Source of the DNA: Neocallimastix sp. 'constans'
Taxonomy: Eukaryota
Assembly: GCA_050613775.1 (NCBI GenBank)
Contig: JBODTK010000108.1
Coordinates: 496,001 to 553,513, forward strand
DNA: 57,513 nt
Direction of reading: 5' to 3'
The notes under the pieces were generated by a model, which searched no databases, was not told where the DNA came from, and was given only the letters and a program-made list of their open reading frames with translations. This document shows, piece by piece, positions 26,037-39,298 of the stretch; within the stretch, counting starts at the first letter, position 1, and the number at the start of each line of letters is the position of its first letter. The position numbers and the translations under genes were made by a program.

Positions 26037-27077
26037 TTTTTTATTTTTCTTTTTTTTTTTGTTTTTATTTTACTATAGTGTATAATTCAATTATACAAAT
26101 TTAGAACAGAATATTCCACCAGTGTTTTATTGTTATTATTATTATTAAGAAAAGGTTTAAAAAAGTGAGTTAAGAAGTATAGTTATTATAAAATCATCAA
26201 AATTTTCAAATTTAATCAATTTTTTTTGTTTATTTAAGATTAAAATATTATAAATTTTATAATGGTTTAAATTTTTAAAAAAATTTGTATAATATGAAGA
26301 ATATCGAATCAGAGTGTTGGATCGATAATTGAAACATTTACAATATATATAAATAGATATAAATTATATAATATATAATATAAAAATAAAAAATAGAAAA
26401 AAAAAAATGTAAAAATGTAAAATTATTTAGTGAATATAAATGATTATATTGATTATATCTTTTCTTTTATATAATATAACATCAAAAAATATTTTATTTT
26501 AAAAATTTATATAATTCTCTTACGTTTCTTTTCTTAATTAAAGATATTAATTATTAATTATGCTTTTTAGTTTTAATTATTTTTAAATTTTAATTAATTA
26601 TTTATTTTTATTATTTTATTTACTAGTAAAAATAAAACAAACCCCCAACCAAGAAAAAAAAAAAAACAAATACTTCTGTTGATAGTTTTTGTCTTTCTTT
26701 CTTTTGATGATTATTTTTATATATTATTAAAAAAATAAAAAAAAAAAAAAAAAAAATAATTTTTTTTTCTATTATGTTTTATTTTATTATTAAATGTTTT
26801 AAAATTAAATAAACCCTTTTTTTTTATTATTTTATTATTTTATATTATTTTATTTTATTTTATTATTTTATATTATTTTAATTTCTAATTTTTTAAAATG
26901 AAATTTTAATTATTAAATGATACAATTATAATATAATATAATATAATATGATATAATATATCATTAAATATAAATTGATATTTAATATATAAATTTATAT
27001 TTATTTAATTTATATATTAAATGTCAATTGACATAATAAAATTTATTCATTTCTTTTATTCTTCTATTAATTAAATA

Positions 27078-27132
<55 letters not shown>

Positions 27133-28024
27133 ATAGAAATAAGTAAATAAATAAATAGATATAAGTAAATAAATAAATAGATATAAGTAAATAAATAGTA
27201 AATAAATGTTTTTGTTTTTGTTTTATTAAATATTTTTTTAATTTAAATTTAATTTATTTTATATGAAATAGAATTCATGATATGAAGGGTTAGGAATCAA
27301 TTAATTTTAATAATTAAAAAAATATAAAAATAATAAAAAATTATTTGAAATAAAATTTTTTTAAATTTTTTAATTATTAATTATGTCTATTAAATAATAA
27401 TAAATAAGGTTCTTTGCCGTATTTAATCTATTTATTGAATTTAATGATGATAAAACATTTTAATAGGATTTAAAGTTTTAAAAAATTTATTTATTTATTT
27501 AAAAAATTAATATATTCTAATATAATCTAATATATTATTGAAAATAACATAACAACTATTCATTTATGTAAATGAATGAATTTATAATTATCTAAATATT
27601 TTATTTCATATTAACCAGTATTAATAAGTGAATGAATGAAATATTAGTAAATAAATAAATAAAAATAAATAAATAAATAAATAAAAAGATTTAATTTATA
27701 TAATAATAAAAAAAAAATAAACATAAATTTCCTTTTATTGATTTAATAATAATTCTTTAATGATTAAATGAAATAATTAAAATCTAATAATTTATTATTT
27801 ATTATTTAATTATTTATGATTTATTCATTTATTATTTAATTATTTATTATTTAATTATTTATGATGTATATTAAAATGAAGGGAATAATAAATTAGCAAG
27901 GATTAATGATATGAATGACAGCAATAAAAAATTAATTATTAAATGGAAATTGCATCTTTTAACAATGGTAAAAAGTAATAACTATTTAATCATAAATGAT
28001 TAACTACATTTATTAAAAAGTTAT

Positions 28025-28245
28025 AATTATAATAATTATAACAATTATAATAATTAAAAGATCATAATGATTAAATGACTATAATAATTATAACAATTAT
28101 AATAATTAAAAGATCATAATGATTAAATGACTATAATAATTAAATAATTATAGTAATTAATGATTAAATGACTATAATAATTAAATAATTATAGTAATTA
28201 ATGATTAAATGACTATAATAATTAAATAATTATAGTAATTATAGT
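28025..28245. repeat. Compound minisatellite (~51-bp unit x2 followed by ~42-bp unit x3) sharing the core aatgattaaatgactataataatta
   Basis: The core recurs at ~28067, 28118, 28159 and 28200. Confidence 0.8.
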
Positions 28246-31200
28246 TAATTACTAATACCAATAACTGATTTTAATATAATGAATAAATAATACATAGAAA
28301 TGAGAGGATAATTGATATAATTAACAACAACGGATTTATTACTATTTTATTCTTTCTATTTCATTAAGAAGTTTTAAATATATAAAAGATATTTAAAATT
28401 AAATAAAAAGCAAACGTATATTTCTTTATCAATTTTTCATTCTATCTGTATATACCTATTTGTGTTATATATAGATATCATTTCATTTGATAAAGATTAA
28501 TATTTTTAAATTGATATAATGATATAAATGCTTTTTAATTATTTATTTTCTATTACTTTTCAATTACATATAACCTTTTTATTTCATATATCTTTAATTA
28601 TAGTTATGCTTAATATATTTATTTATCATTCATTTATTACTAAACATTTCAAAGACATAACTTTCCTTCTTTCTTTAGAGATACATACATAAACTATTAT
28701 ATTAATTATTATTTTTCTTTTTTTTCTTTTTTTTTTAATTTTTTTTATTAAAAAAAGAATTCTAAAAGTTCAATAAATAGTTCTTTTTTTGTGTTTGTGT
28801 GTGTATTTCTTTATTCATTTTTATAATTATCAATTGTTAAATTTTCAAAAATAATGTTTTGTAAAAATTTTGATTACTCCTTTATACCTATATAATTATT
28901 AATATTAATATTTATCTATTTATTTATTTATTTATATATCAATTTATTTATTTATATATTTATTTATTTTATATATATAATTATTGTATTTAATATAAAA
29001 AATTAAAACATTTGTTTATTTCTTTATCATCCGTTTTTTTAATTTAATTAAATTAAAAATAATATGATATGTGTAACGTTACACAAATAAATTCAATGAA
29101 AGTTACACAAATATTTGATACTATTTAATTTAAGCCAATGAAAAAAAAAGAAATGAAAAATTAAAATAAAAATTTTTTATATATTATAAATATTAAATAT
29201 ATAAATATAAAATATTATATATATAAACACAAAAAAATTTTTTAATATTTATTTTTTTTGTTTTTATGTTTCATATAATAAATAATAAAATATATTAAAT
29301 TTTTACAAATATTTAAATTTATTCAAATAAAAAAAAAAATTTTTTTTTTGTTTCATTTTTAATATTTATATTATTAAATAAATAATAAAATTGAAACAAA
29401 ATAAATTAAAAAAAATGTTTTATGAATTAAAAAAAAAATTATTAAAAATGCTTTAAAAATTATTTTAATACATGAAGAGAAGAAAAGAAGAGAAGAAAGA
29501 AGAAGAGAAGAAAAGAACAGATATCATTAATTATATTCTATATTCTTTTATAATTTTTTTTATAATTTATTTAATTTTAGTTAAATAAAAAAAATTAAAA
29601 TTGAAAAGTTTTTTTTTTTTTATTATTATTATTACTTTTTTTTAATAATTATTAAAATAGTTTATTAAAAAAAAAAAAAAAAAAAGGATTGGAATAAAAT
29701 ATTAGAAATATAAAATGAAATTATAATCATTCTTTTTAAGAATATTATAAATATTAGCCAGAAGAAAAAAAATTTTTTTTGATCCTAAAATTAAAATTGT
29801 TAGTGGTGTCCAAAGGAGTCAAAATCCAGAATTATTTCTATTTCTTCCTTAAATAAAGGATTCTTTAAATATAAATATATTATAAATATATGATAGTTTG
29901 ATAATATTCATTTTAATAAAATCAATGAATTATACAATATATATTTTATACAAATATATATATATATTTTTCATATTTTTTTGGTATCGGTTATAATGCA
30001 AAAAGATCACTATTGATATACCCAAGTATTATAAAAACTTTTATGGATATAATTTTATGATATGTACATATATATATATTTTTTAAAATTTTATTTTTTA
30101 ATGGAATGTACATATTAGTTTCAAAAAAAAAAAGACTAATAATAAAAATAATAATGATACCAATAATAATCTATTATTATTAACCTTTTTTAAATTTAAA
30201 AAGTATATTTTATATTAGTTTTTAATAAAGAAAATGAGATATACTTTATTTTTTTTTTTGCAATTTATATTATATACTTTTTTTGCTTTTATTTTATACA
30301 GTTTTAATATAAAATTAAAATTATTTAACATTAATTATAATAATATATTATTAAAAAAATGAATAGAGGTACATATAATAATAATGATAATTATAACAAT
30401 AAAAATACAGAAAAAATAATAAAATATAAAATGAAATGGAATATTATTTAATTCTATATATGTATATAGAGGTAATATATATATTATTAAATGTAACAAA
30501 AATAAAAATGAAATATAAAACATATTTTTTAATATAAAAAAAGATGATATTAAATAATCAATTAATTTTCTAATATCAAAAAAAAAAATAATATTTATTT
30601 TTATTAAAAATTATATATTAAGGGAATTAAGATGATATATATAAAATTTGAAAATAAAAAATTATTATAAAAAATCTTTAAAAAAATAAATGTTTTTATA
30701 TATATATAGAAAATGTGTTTTTTCTTATTTTATGTATATAAAATGAAAAAAAAAAAAAATTTTTTTTTTCTAATTCTAATACCATAATTTCTAACCATTT
30801 CTTTGATTATCACTCACCATAAGATTCCCAAGGATATTGATGAATGAATTATCATCATATAATAATATGTTAAATGTTATAGTATAATATATTATTTTAA
30901 TTATTTAACATCTATGTTGATGTTTTACCTTTTTTTTTTTTTTTTTTTTAATCTTTAATTAATTATAATCTCATTGGCAATATATATTTATAATTATTCA
31001 TAAATTCTATTAAAAAAAAAAAAAAAACTGTAATAAATTTCATGTTTTTTTTTTTTTTAACAAGATTCATATTTAAAAAAAACAATAACAATAATAGTCC
31101 AGAAAAATTATCAATATATAAAATAAAGAATTTAAAATTATCTAATAAATTTTGACGACTTTATGTATCATTATTTTGAGAATAGCTTCAAAAAAAAAAT

Positions 31201-31829
31201 AATAATAATAATAATAAAAAGTAACGATTGTTCTAATAGTGAACTATAAATTAAAATAAGCTATTCATAACTATTAATTCTACCAAATAAAAGCATTTTT
31301 ACAATATAGTTAAATATATATTTTATATGCATGTTGTATTTGTTCTAAATATTGTATTAATGGAAAATATATATATACATATAAAACTATTGTAAAACAT
31401 TAATTATATATATACAATATATATAATATGTATATAGAAATACCCAATGCTTTTAATAATGACTTTTATATATATATATTTCCTTTTAGATAGAATGGAA
31501 AGATTGAGTTTGAAACACAACATTTAAAAAAATAAAAATAAAAAAAATTTAATAGGAATAATGATTAAATAAAAAAAATTTTTTTTTTTTTCTGTTAAAT
31601 ATCAAAGTAAAAATTATTTAATATCAAAGATTTAATTTTTTTTTTTTTTTTTTAATTGTATATAATATATATTAGTAAATAGAATAATTAAAACTTTTTA
31701 TTTTTTTATTTTTATATTATTTTTAAATTATTTTAATTGCGTCCTTGTTGCAAAAAAAATATTTTATTCCAATTCAATTTATGAAATTATATAAATATAT
31801 ATGAATACATATTATAATTATAATTATTA

Positions 31830-32620
31830 TTTAATTATTTATTATTTATTTATTTATTATTTATTATTTATTTATTTATTTATTATTTATTATTTAATTA
31901 TTTAATTATTTAATTATTTATTATTTATTATTTATTATTTATTATATATTATTTATTATTTATTATTTATTATTTATTATTTATTATTTATTATTTATTA
32001 TTTATTATTTATTATTTATTATTTATTATTTATTATTCAATTATTTATTATTCAATTATTTATTATTTATTATTTATAATTTATTATTTATTATTTATAA
32101 TTTATTATTTATTATTTATTATTTATTATTTATTATTTATTATTAATTATTTATTATTTATTATTTATTATTTAATTATTTAATTATTTATTATTTATTA
32201 TTCAATTATTTATTATTAAATTATTTATTATTCAATTATTTATTATTCAATTATTTATTATTTATTATTTATTATTTATTATTTATTATTTATTATTTAT
32301 TATTAATTATTTATTATTTATTATTTATTATTTATTATTTATTATTAATTATTTATTATTATTTATTATTTATTATTTATTATTTATTATTTATTATTTA
32401 TTATTTAATTATTTATTATTTATTATTGATTATTTATTATTGATTATTGATTATTTATTATTCAATTATTTATTATTCAATTATTATTCAATTATTTATT
32501 ATTCAATTATTTATTATTCAATTATTTATTATTCAATTATTTATTATTCAATTATTTATTATTCAATTATTTATTATTAAATTATTCAATTATTCAATTA
32601 TTTATTATTTATTATTTATT
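31830..32620. repeat. (TTTATTA)n heptamer satellite grading into a 15-mer (ATTCAATTATTTATT)n
   Basis: Direct reading; the 15-mer produces the spurious IIQLF-repeat ORF at 32447. Confidence 0.95.
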
Positions 32621-32650
32621 ATAAAAAAAGATGAAAATTTTACAATTAAT

Positions 32651-32683
<33 letters not shown>

Positions 32684-33690
32684 ATTTGATAATTAATATT
32701 TAATAATATATATAATATATAAATAGATAAAAATGCAGAAAAAAAAATAATAAAAGAAATATATTTTTTTTTTTTAAAATTATTTATTATTATTATTTTT
32801 ATTAAATAACCAATATTTATATTAATAAATATATAAATATATAAATAAATAAATAAATTTTAATTTTATTTATTTATTTAATTATTATTATTATTTTTTT
32901 TTTTACAAATAAAAAAAGGGAAGATGATAGAATATATACATAAATATATGTATATAAATAAATAATTTTATAATTATTATTTTTTAAAGTAATACTAAAA
33001 AAAAAAAAAGGAAAGTGATTAAAGTATAAATGTTATTAAATTAGATAATTATAAATTATATATAAAAATAATAAAATAAACTAAAAAAAAAAAAAAAAAA
33101 AAATAAAATAAAAACAAAATTCTTTTATATATATATTATTACTACTACTATTATTTACTGTTAATTATTATTCTAATTCTAAATTCTAATTCAAAATTCT
33201 ATTTAATTTTTATATCTATATATGAAATTATTAATTTTAATATTTACATAAAAAAAAAAAAAAAAGAATAAAAAAATTATATAAATATATAAATATATAT
33301 ATATATAAATATATAGTATGATTATATTTTGGCTATTAAAAAGTTATCTTACAAATAAATAAAAAAAAAAAGATTAGTATTAAAAATAAAATTAAAGTGA
33401 ATTTTTTTTTTAAAAAAAGAATTTTTAAGACATATTAATAAATATTTAAACTTTTTTTTTTTCTTTTTTGATTTTGCTGTTGTTGCTATTATTATTATTA
33501 TTGTTTTATTTTGTTAAATTTTTTTTTTATTTTTTTTATTTTATTTTTTTGCTTGCTTGCTTTGCTTTAGATATTTAAACTTCAGCCGAAAGTTGAGTTG
33601 ATTTCAAATCTATTTTGAATGTTTTTTTTTTTTTTTTTTTTTTTAAAAAAAATAATATTTAAAATAATATTAAAAAATAATATAAAAATT

Positions 33691-33743
<53 letters not shown>

Positions 33744-34051
33744 TAGATTAATATTTTAAATTATAACAAATAGATAAAAAATGAAAAAAAAATAAATAAA
33801 TAAATATTAAAATATAGTAATAATAATAAAAGTTTCATTAGTATTTGTAATTATTATTAAATTATTTTATCTTATTATTTACTAAATCTATAAATCTATA
33901 TTTATAAATTTTCTTTTTCTATTTTATTTTTTTATTTTATTTTCTATTTTATTATATTTTATTTTTTTTTTATATTATTTTTTTTTTATTTTATGGTTAT
34001 ATTATTTTTATATTTATTATTATTTATATTATTATTATTATTATTTTTTTT

Positions 34052-37000
34052 TTATATATTTTTACCATTGATCACTTCCATGAAACAATTGAAACATGAT
34101 TTTTGTGGTTCTTCCTCTGCTGAACGCTTTACCGTATTCTTGACACAGTTCGCACAGAATACTTTACCACAGATCCGACAGTGATGCTTTCGATTCATGA
34201 GACTGAACCGGGTGCGACAGCTATGACATTCTTTCACTCCTCGACTATTTTCCCAGTGTTCTTTACCATTCGATTTCTTATTCTTTTTATTCTTTTTATT
34301 CTTTTTTGTTTTCGCTTTCGTTTCTGCATCTGCTTCTGTTTCCAGGTTCGTATCTTTATCCATTGCCGAATCCGTATTCGTATCCGTGTTCGTATCCGTA
34401 TTCGTGTCCGTATTCGTCGTGATCGCTTCGGTTATGGTAGTCGTCGTCATGGTCGTTGCCGTATTCGTATTGGTATAGATACTTCCACTGCTACCAATAT
34501 CACTCAAACTATCCACGACACTATCACTTAAGGCGGCCAAGTTTATATTCATTTGTTGTTGAAGTAATTTAAGCTCCTTATCATTATCTTCATTATCTTC
34601 ATGATCATAATCATTACCATTATTATGATGATGATCATCATCGTCATGAATATTCCGTAATGAGGAATTTATATTCATAGTCGAATCTTGTAATCCTTTT
34701 TCATGGCTTTCTTCTTCTTGCCTTTCATCGGATAATAAGACATCATGTGAATTTTTATTATTATTGTTATCCTTATTTTTATCCTTATTTTTATCCTTAT
34801 TTTTATCCTTATTTTTATCATTACTATTAGATTTATCATTGGATTTATCATTGGATTTACGATTAGATTTATGACTATGGCTGTCATGATATTCCTTTTC
34901 AATGAGGAGATCCTCTACTCCAAGATTTTCTTTTTCTTTCTTGATTAGGCGATCTTTTAAATTCATGACTTCTTTTTGCTTCTTCTTCAGGAGACCATTT
35001 AATTCTTTAATCGTTTGCTGTTGCGTTTCCGTACTTTCATTTAATTCTTTAATCTTTTTCACCTTTTCTTCCAGACTGCCTCTCAAGTATTGAATCTTCT
35101 CTCTCTTCCCTTTCAATTCATAATTTAAATATTGAATGCTTCGATTGAGATCTTTCGTTTTACCTTCCAACTCTTCAATCTGATCATCTTTTTCATCCAT
35201 GGTACTGTTCAATTTCGTAATGGATTGAATCTTTGTTTTTAAATCAAGATTTAAATTGATCTTCTCCATGTTTTGATCTTCAATTTGATTCTTCAATTTT
35301 CGTATGGTCAGTTCTTGCTTCTCTATATGCTTATTTAAACTCTGAATATCTTGCGCTTTATCATCACTTAGGTGTGTCAACCGTTCAATGGATTTGTCCT
35401 TTTTGGTGTTGTCTTTCTTCAATTTCTTAATGGCTATTTCATTTTCTTCATGATCTTTCGTTAGCTGGTTTAAGGTCAGCGTAGAACTTTCATACTGTAA
35501 TTTCAGCTCATTAAAATCACTGTCCCTTTCCTCCACCTTCTGCTTTAACGTATAAATGACCTTGGTTTGCTCCTCTAACCGATGATTTAAATCGTTAACG
35601 GTACTCTTCTCATCTTCAATCGCTTTATTTAAGGATTCAATCAAGACTTCTTTACGATCTAGTCTTGAATTTAGTTCCTTAATCAGTTCATCCTTCACTT
35701 CCACATCACTCTTTAATTCATCAATGGTATCCATTTTTGCTATAATCGTTTGGTTCAACTCATGAATGGTGCTCTCCTTATAAAATATTTCCGTGGATAA
35801 ATCATCCTTGGTACGCGCTTTATATTCGGCATGCGTCGTTAAACTCTCGATCTGTTGATCCCGTTCATGGACGACTTCCTTCAAGGCGTTAATGGTCTCC
35901 TCTTTATCAAGGTTTTGTTTCGTCAACTTTTCAATGATTAATTTTTTATCCTCAACGGTGATATATAGGTCGGAGATACGCTTTTCTTTGGCCTCCAGTT
36001 GTTTATTGTATTGATCCACGAAGTACTGATTTTCTTTCATTTTTCCTTCAAATTCTTGAATCTGTTCGGATTTTTCATCGACCGCCTTGTTCAATTTAAC
36101 AATCAGTTCGGTCTTTTCATGTAATTCTTTGGTCATTTCTCTGAGAGTTCGCGTCGTCTCCTCTTTCTGTTGTTGTAGCGTCTTAATCGTTTTTTCATGC
36201 TCCGTTTGATTCCCGCTCATATCCTCAATATTTTCATCTCGCTTCTGAAGTTGCTGGGTTAACTCTTGAATGGTTTGCTCCTTCTTCACTATCGATCGAT
36301 TTAATTCATTGAGCGCCATGTCCTTTTTTTCATTATGATATTCTAGCTCATTAATCATTTCATTCTTGAGGGAAAGATTATCATTTAATTGTTGGAGGAG
36401 TCGATTCTTATCTTGCAGGGAACGATTTAAATTTTCAACCTGCTCATTCTTTTGTTCGAGAGTGGCTTGAAATTCAATCACCGTGGAATTATTGGCATTC
36501 CTCAGGGATTCCAGTTCTTCCTTATACTTCATCCCTTGTCGCGCTTTTTCTTCCTCCGCTAGATTCAAATGGGAACGTAGGTCATCTAACCTTAAATTAC
36601 TTTCATTGATAACGGATTCCAGTTGCTTCTTGAGAAAGTCAATGTTTCCTTCATTTTGATCCTTAGATTTAAAGAATTTATCTTGGGACTTTTGATGGTC
36701 CTCCTTTAATCTCTTGATTTCTCTTACTAATCCATCGTTCTCTTGATGAAGTTGGTTCATTTCTTCATTATAACTCTTGGTAAGCTCTTCCTTTTCTCGG
36801 ATCAGTGAATTATTTCGTTGTTCTAAACCGGAAATGGTATTATTCGTTTTTTGAACGACCATTTCCAGTTGTTGGGTTAAATCATACATCACAGAGGTTT
36901 TTTCTTTCGTCAGCGTAGTCACTTGTTCCCGAAGTTCACAGAGGGTATCCTCGGAATTCTTATTCGAACGTTCTAATTTCTCAATTTGTTCTTGAGAACG

Positions 37001-38263
37001 ACGTTGCTCTCGCTCAAATTCCTTTTTTAGTTGCGCTTTCATTTTAGATTCATTGGCTTTCACCTCCCCTAACTGATTTTGTATGTCTTCAATGGTAGCG
37101 TCCTTTTCTTTAATGATGAGGGTAAGGTCTTCCTTGGATTTCATATATTCTTCCATTAAGGCATTGTATTTCTGTTGGATCGCTTCTTTTTCTTCTTCTT
37201 CCTTTTCAGTTTCCTTCATTTCCTTTGCCTCTAATTCGTTGGCTCGATTACTTTTTAGCGTTTTGAATTCCTGTTGTAATTTCTTATACGACTGATCATA
37301 CCTAGCCAACTGTAAATCTTTTTCATCTAGCTGTTTCTGGCTTTGACGAAGTAACTTTTCCAATTTTTCTTCTAATTCTTTAATGGAGCTATCCTTTTCT
37401 TCCATCATTTTATCATATGAATTACGAATTTCTTTCATGCGGCGATCTTTGGATTCCACTATCGATTGTAATCTTTCTAATTCATCGGTCATCGATGAGG
37501 TTTGTGAGGTTAGTGAGGTGGAGGATTCACTGTTACTATTTAAGTATTTATCAAGAAATCTTCTTCCATTGGATCTTTGGGTGGATCTTATTTTATCGAA
37601 TTTACGATAGGTTAAATTTTCTTTTCTTGATTGTATTTTTTTTTCATTTTCATTTTCATTTTCTTTTTCTTTTTCATTTTCTTTATTGTCTTTTTCTTCA
37701 TTTCTATAAAATTTTCTAGTACTTCTACTAGTACTACTACTACTACTATTATTACTATTTTTACTTTGTAGATCTAATGAAACTTTTGATTTAAATTTTT
37801 TTATTTCATCAGTTTTATCATTTTCACTACTTTTATTACTATTTAATTCATCTCTTTCATTTTCATTTTCATTTTCATTGTTATGTTCGAAAACAACATT
37901 TCCTTCCGACGAATCTTTAGTACTTTCATCATTATTATTATTACTGGAGGAAATAATTTCATCTTCCATATCTTCTATTTTTATTTTTGATTCTGATTCT
38001 GATTCTGATTCTGATTCCGATTCCGATTCTGATTCTGAAAATTCCTCGGTAATTTCATTGGGATCCTCGGTTTGAGTTTCATTTTTTTCGAGTGGTTTTT
38101 CTGTTTCAATTTCATTAATAAGTTCATCAATAAAATCAAATGAATGTTTTGACCTTTTATTATTATTATTATTATTAAACCTTTCTAATTTTTTAGGAGT
38201 TGTCGTCGTCGTCTTCGTAGAAGTAGTATTAGATTCATTACGTTGATTAGTTTCAACTTCCAT
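34052..38263 (-). CDS. Long coiled-coil protein with a C-terminal FYVE zinc finger (EEA1-like architecture), 1403 aa
   Basis: ~850 aa of heptad-rich E/K/Q/L sequence; C-terminal WENS..ECHSCRTRFSLMNRKHHCRICGKVFCANC..SCFNC with 8 Cys and the (R/K)(R/K)HHCR motif. Confidence 0.92.
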   Translation of the reverse strand: MEVETNQRNESNTTSTKTTTTTPKKLERFNNNNNNKRSKHSFDFIDELINEIETEKPLEKNETQTEDPNEITEEFSESESESESESESESESKIKIEDMEDEIISSSNNNNDESTKDSSEGNVVFEHNNENENENERDELNSNKSSENDKTDEIKKFKSKVSLDLQSKNSNNSSSSSTSRSTRKFYRNEEKDNKENEKEKENENENEKKIQSRKENLTYRKFDKIRSTQRSNGRRFLDKYLNSNSESSTSLTSQTSSMTDELERLQSIVESKDRRMKEIRNSYDKMMEEKDSSIKELEEKLEKLLRQSQKQLDEKDLQLARYDQSYKKLQQEFKTLKSNRANELEAKEMKETEKEEEEKEAIQQKYNALMEEYMKSKEDLTLIIKEKDATIEDIQNQLGEVKANESKMKAQLKKEFEREQRRSQEQIEKLERSNKNSEDTLCELREQVTTLTKEKTSVMYDLTQQLEMVVQKTNNTISGLEQRNNSLIREKEELTKSYNEEMNQLHQENDGLVREIKRLKEDHQKSQDKFFKSKDQNEGNIDFLKKQLESVINESNLRLDDLRSHLNLAEEEKARQGMKYKEELESLRNANNSTVIEFQATLEQKNEQVENLNRSLQDKNRLLQQLNDNLSLKNEMINELEYHNEKKDMALNELNRSIVKKEQTIQELTQQLQKRDENIEDMSGNQTEHEKTIKTLQQQKEETTRTLREMTKELHEKTELIVKLNKAVDEKSEQIQEFEGKMKENQYFVDQYNKQLEAKEKRISDLYITVEDKKLIIEKLTKQNLDKEETINALKEVVHERDQQIESLTTHAEYKARTKDDLSTEIFYKESTIHELNQTIIAKMDTIDELKSDVEVKDELIKELNSRLDRKEVLIESLNKAIEDEKSTVNDLNHRLEEQTKVIYTLKQKVEERDSDFNELKLQYESSTLTLNQLTKDHEENEIAIKKLKKDNTKKDKSIERLTHLSDDKAQDIQSLNKHIEKQELTIRKLKNQIEDQNMEKINLNLDLKTKIQSITKLNSTMDEKDDQIEELEGKTKDLNRSIQYLNYELKGKREKIQYLRGSLEEKVKKIKELNESTETQQQTIKELNGLLKKKQKEVMNLKDRLIKKEKENLGVEDLLIEKEYHDSHSHKSNRKSNDKSNDKSNSNDKNKDKNKDKNKDKNKDNNNNKNSHDVLLSDERQEEESHEKGLQDSTMNINSSLRNIHDDDDHHHNNGNDYDHEDNEDNDKELKLLQQQMNINLAALSDSVVDSLSDIGSSGSIYTNTNTATTMTTTTITEAITTNTDTNTDTNTDTNTDSAMDKDTNLETEADAETKAKTKKNKKNKKNKKSNGKEHWENSRGVKECHSCRTRFSLMNRKHHCRICGKVFCANCVKNTVKRSAEEEPQKSCFNCFMEVINGKNI

Positions 38264-38320
38264 GATAAAAAAAAAAAAAAAAACTATTTTATATAAAATG
38301 TATTATTTATTATTATTATA

Positions 38321-38357
<37 letters not shown>

Positions 38358-38757
38358 TTATTTATTATTATTTATCATTATTATTATTTATTATTTTTTA
38401 TTTTTTTATTTTTTATTTTTATTTTTTTTTATTTATTTTTAATTATTTATTTTTTAGCAGACTTCTTTCAAAATTTACCTTTTTTTTTAAGATACTTATT
38501 ATGATAGTTAATTTATACTTTCTAAGTAAGAAATAAATCACAACAATAAATAATAAATATATTCAAATATATATTTTTATTACTATATTATTTATTTATT
38601 TATCTATTAATTGATTTATCTATTTATTTAACTATCTATCTATTAATTTATCTATTAATATATATATGTTTTTTTATTACAGAAAAGTTGAATATTTAAT
38701 TAAAGAAAAAAAATTTTATGTTTTATTTTTTATTTTATTTTGGTTATGTTGTGCTTT

Positions 38758-38791
<34 letters not shown>

Positions 38792-39265
38792 TTTTTTATT
38801 AAAATATGTTGTTTACCAAACTAAAAGGAATCAAAATTCTAATTAGGAATTAAAAAAAAAAAAAAAAAAAAAGAAAAGATAAGAAAAAAAAGTACAATAT
38901 AATTACACAAACAAATAAATTAATAAAAAGATATTATAAGTACATAATAATTTATACAATAATTTATATAATTCCAAAAAATGAAATTCAAGAAAAGATT
39001 TCTTTCAATTAAATAATAAATAATAAATTATGAATCATATTTATTGTGAGGATATTTTAATTTGTTATATATATATATATTTATATATTACTATATTTCA
39101 AATTCTTAATTAGAAATCATATTCCATTATATATACATTATATAATTTGGTAATGAATTTTTTTTTTTTATAAATCCAACAATTAAAAATATGTTAAAAA
39201 TCTTTATTAGTTATTATATCTCCAATATTCCATTAAAATTGCTTCATGAATTATAAATATATGAA

Positions 39266-39298
<33 letters not shown>

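Noticed and set aside
32447..32689. IIQLF-repeat ORF
   Set aside because: Translation of a 15-bp satellite with a TTG start.
33993..38075. Several + strand ORFs inside the FYVE gene
   Set aside because: Antisense shadows of a repetitive coiled-coil CDS.
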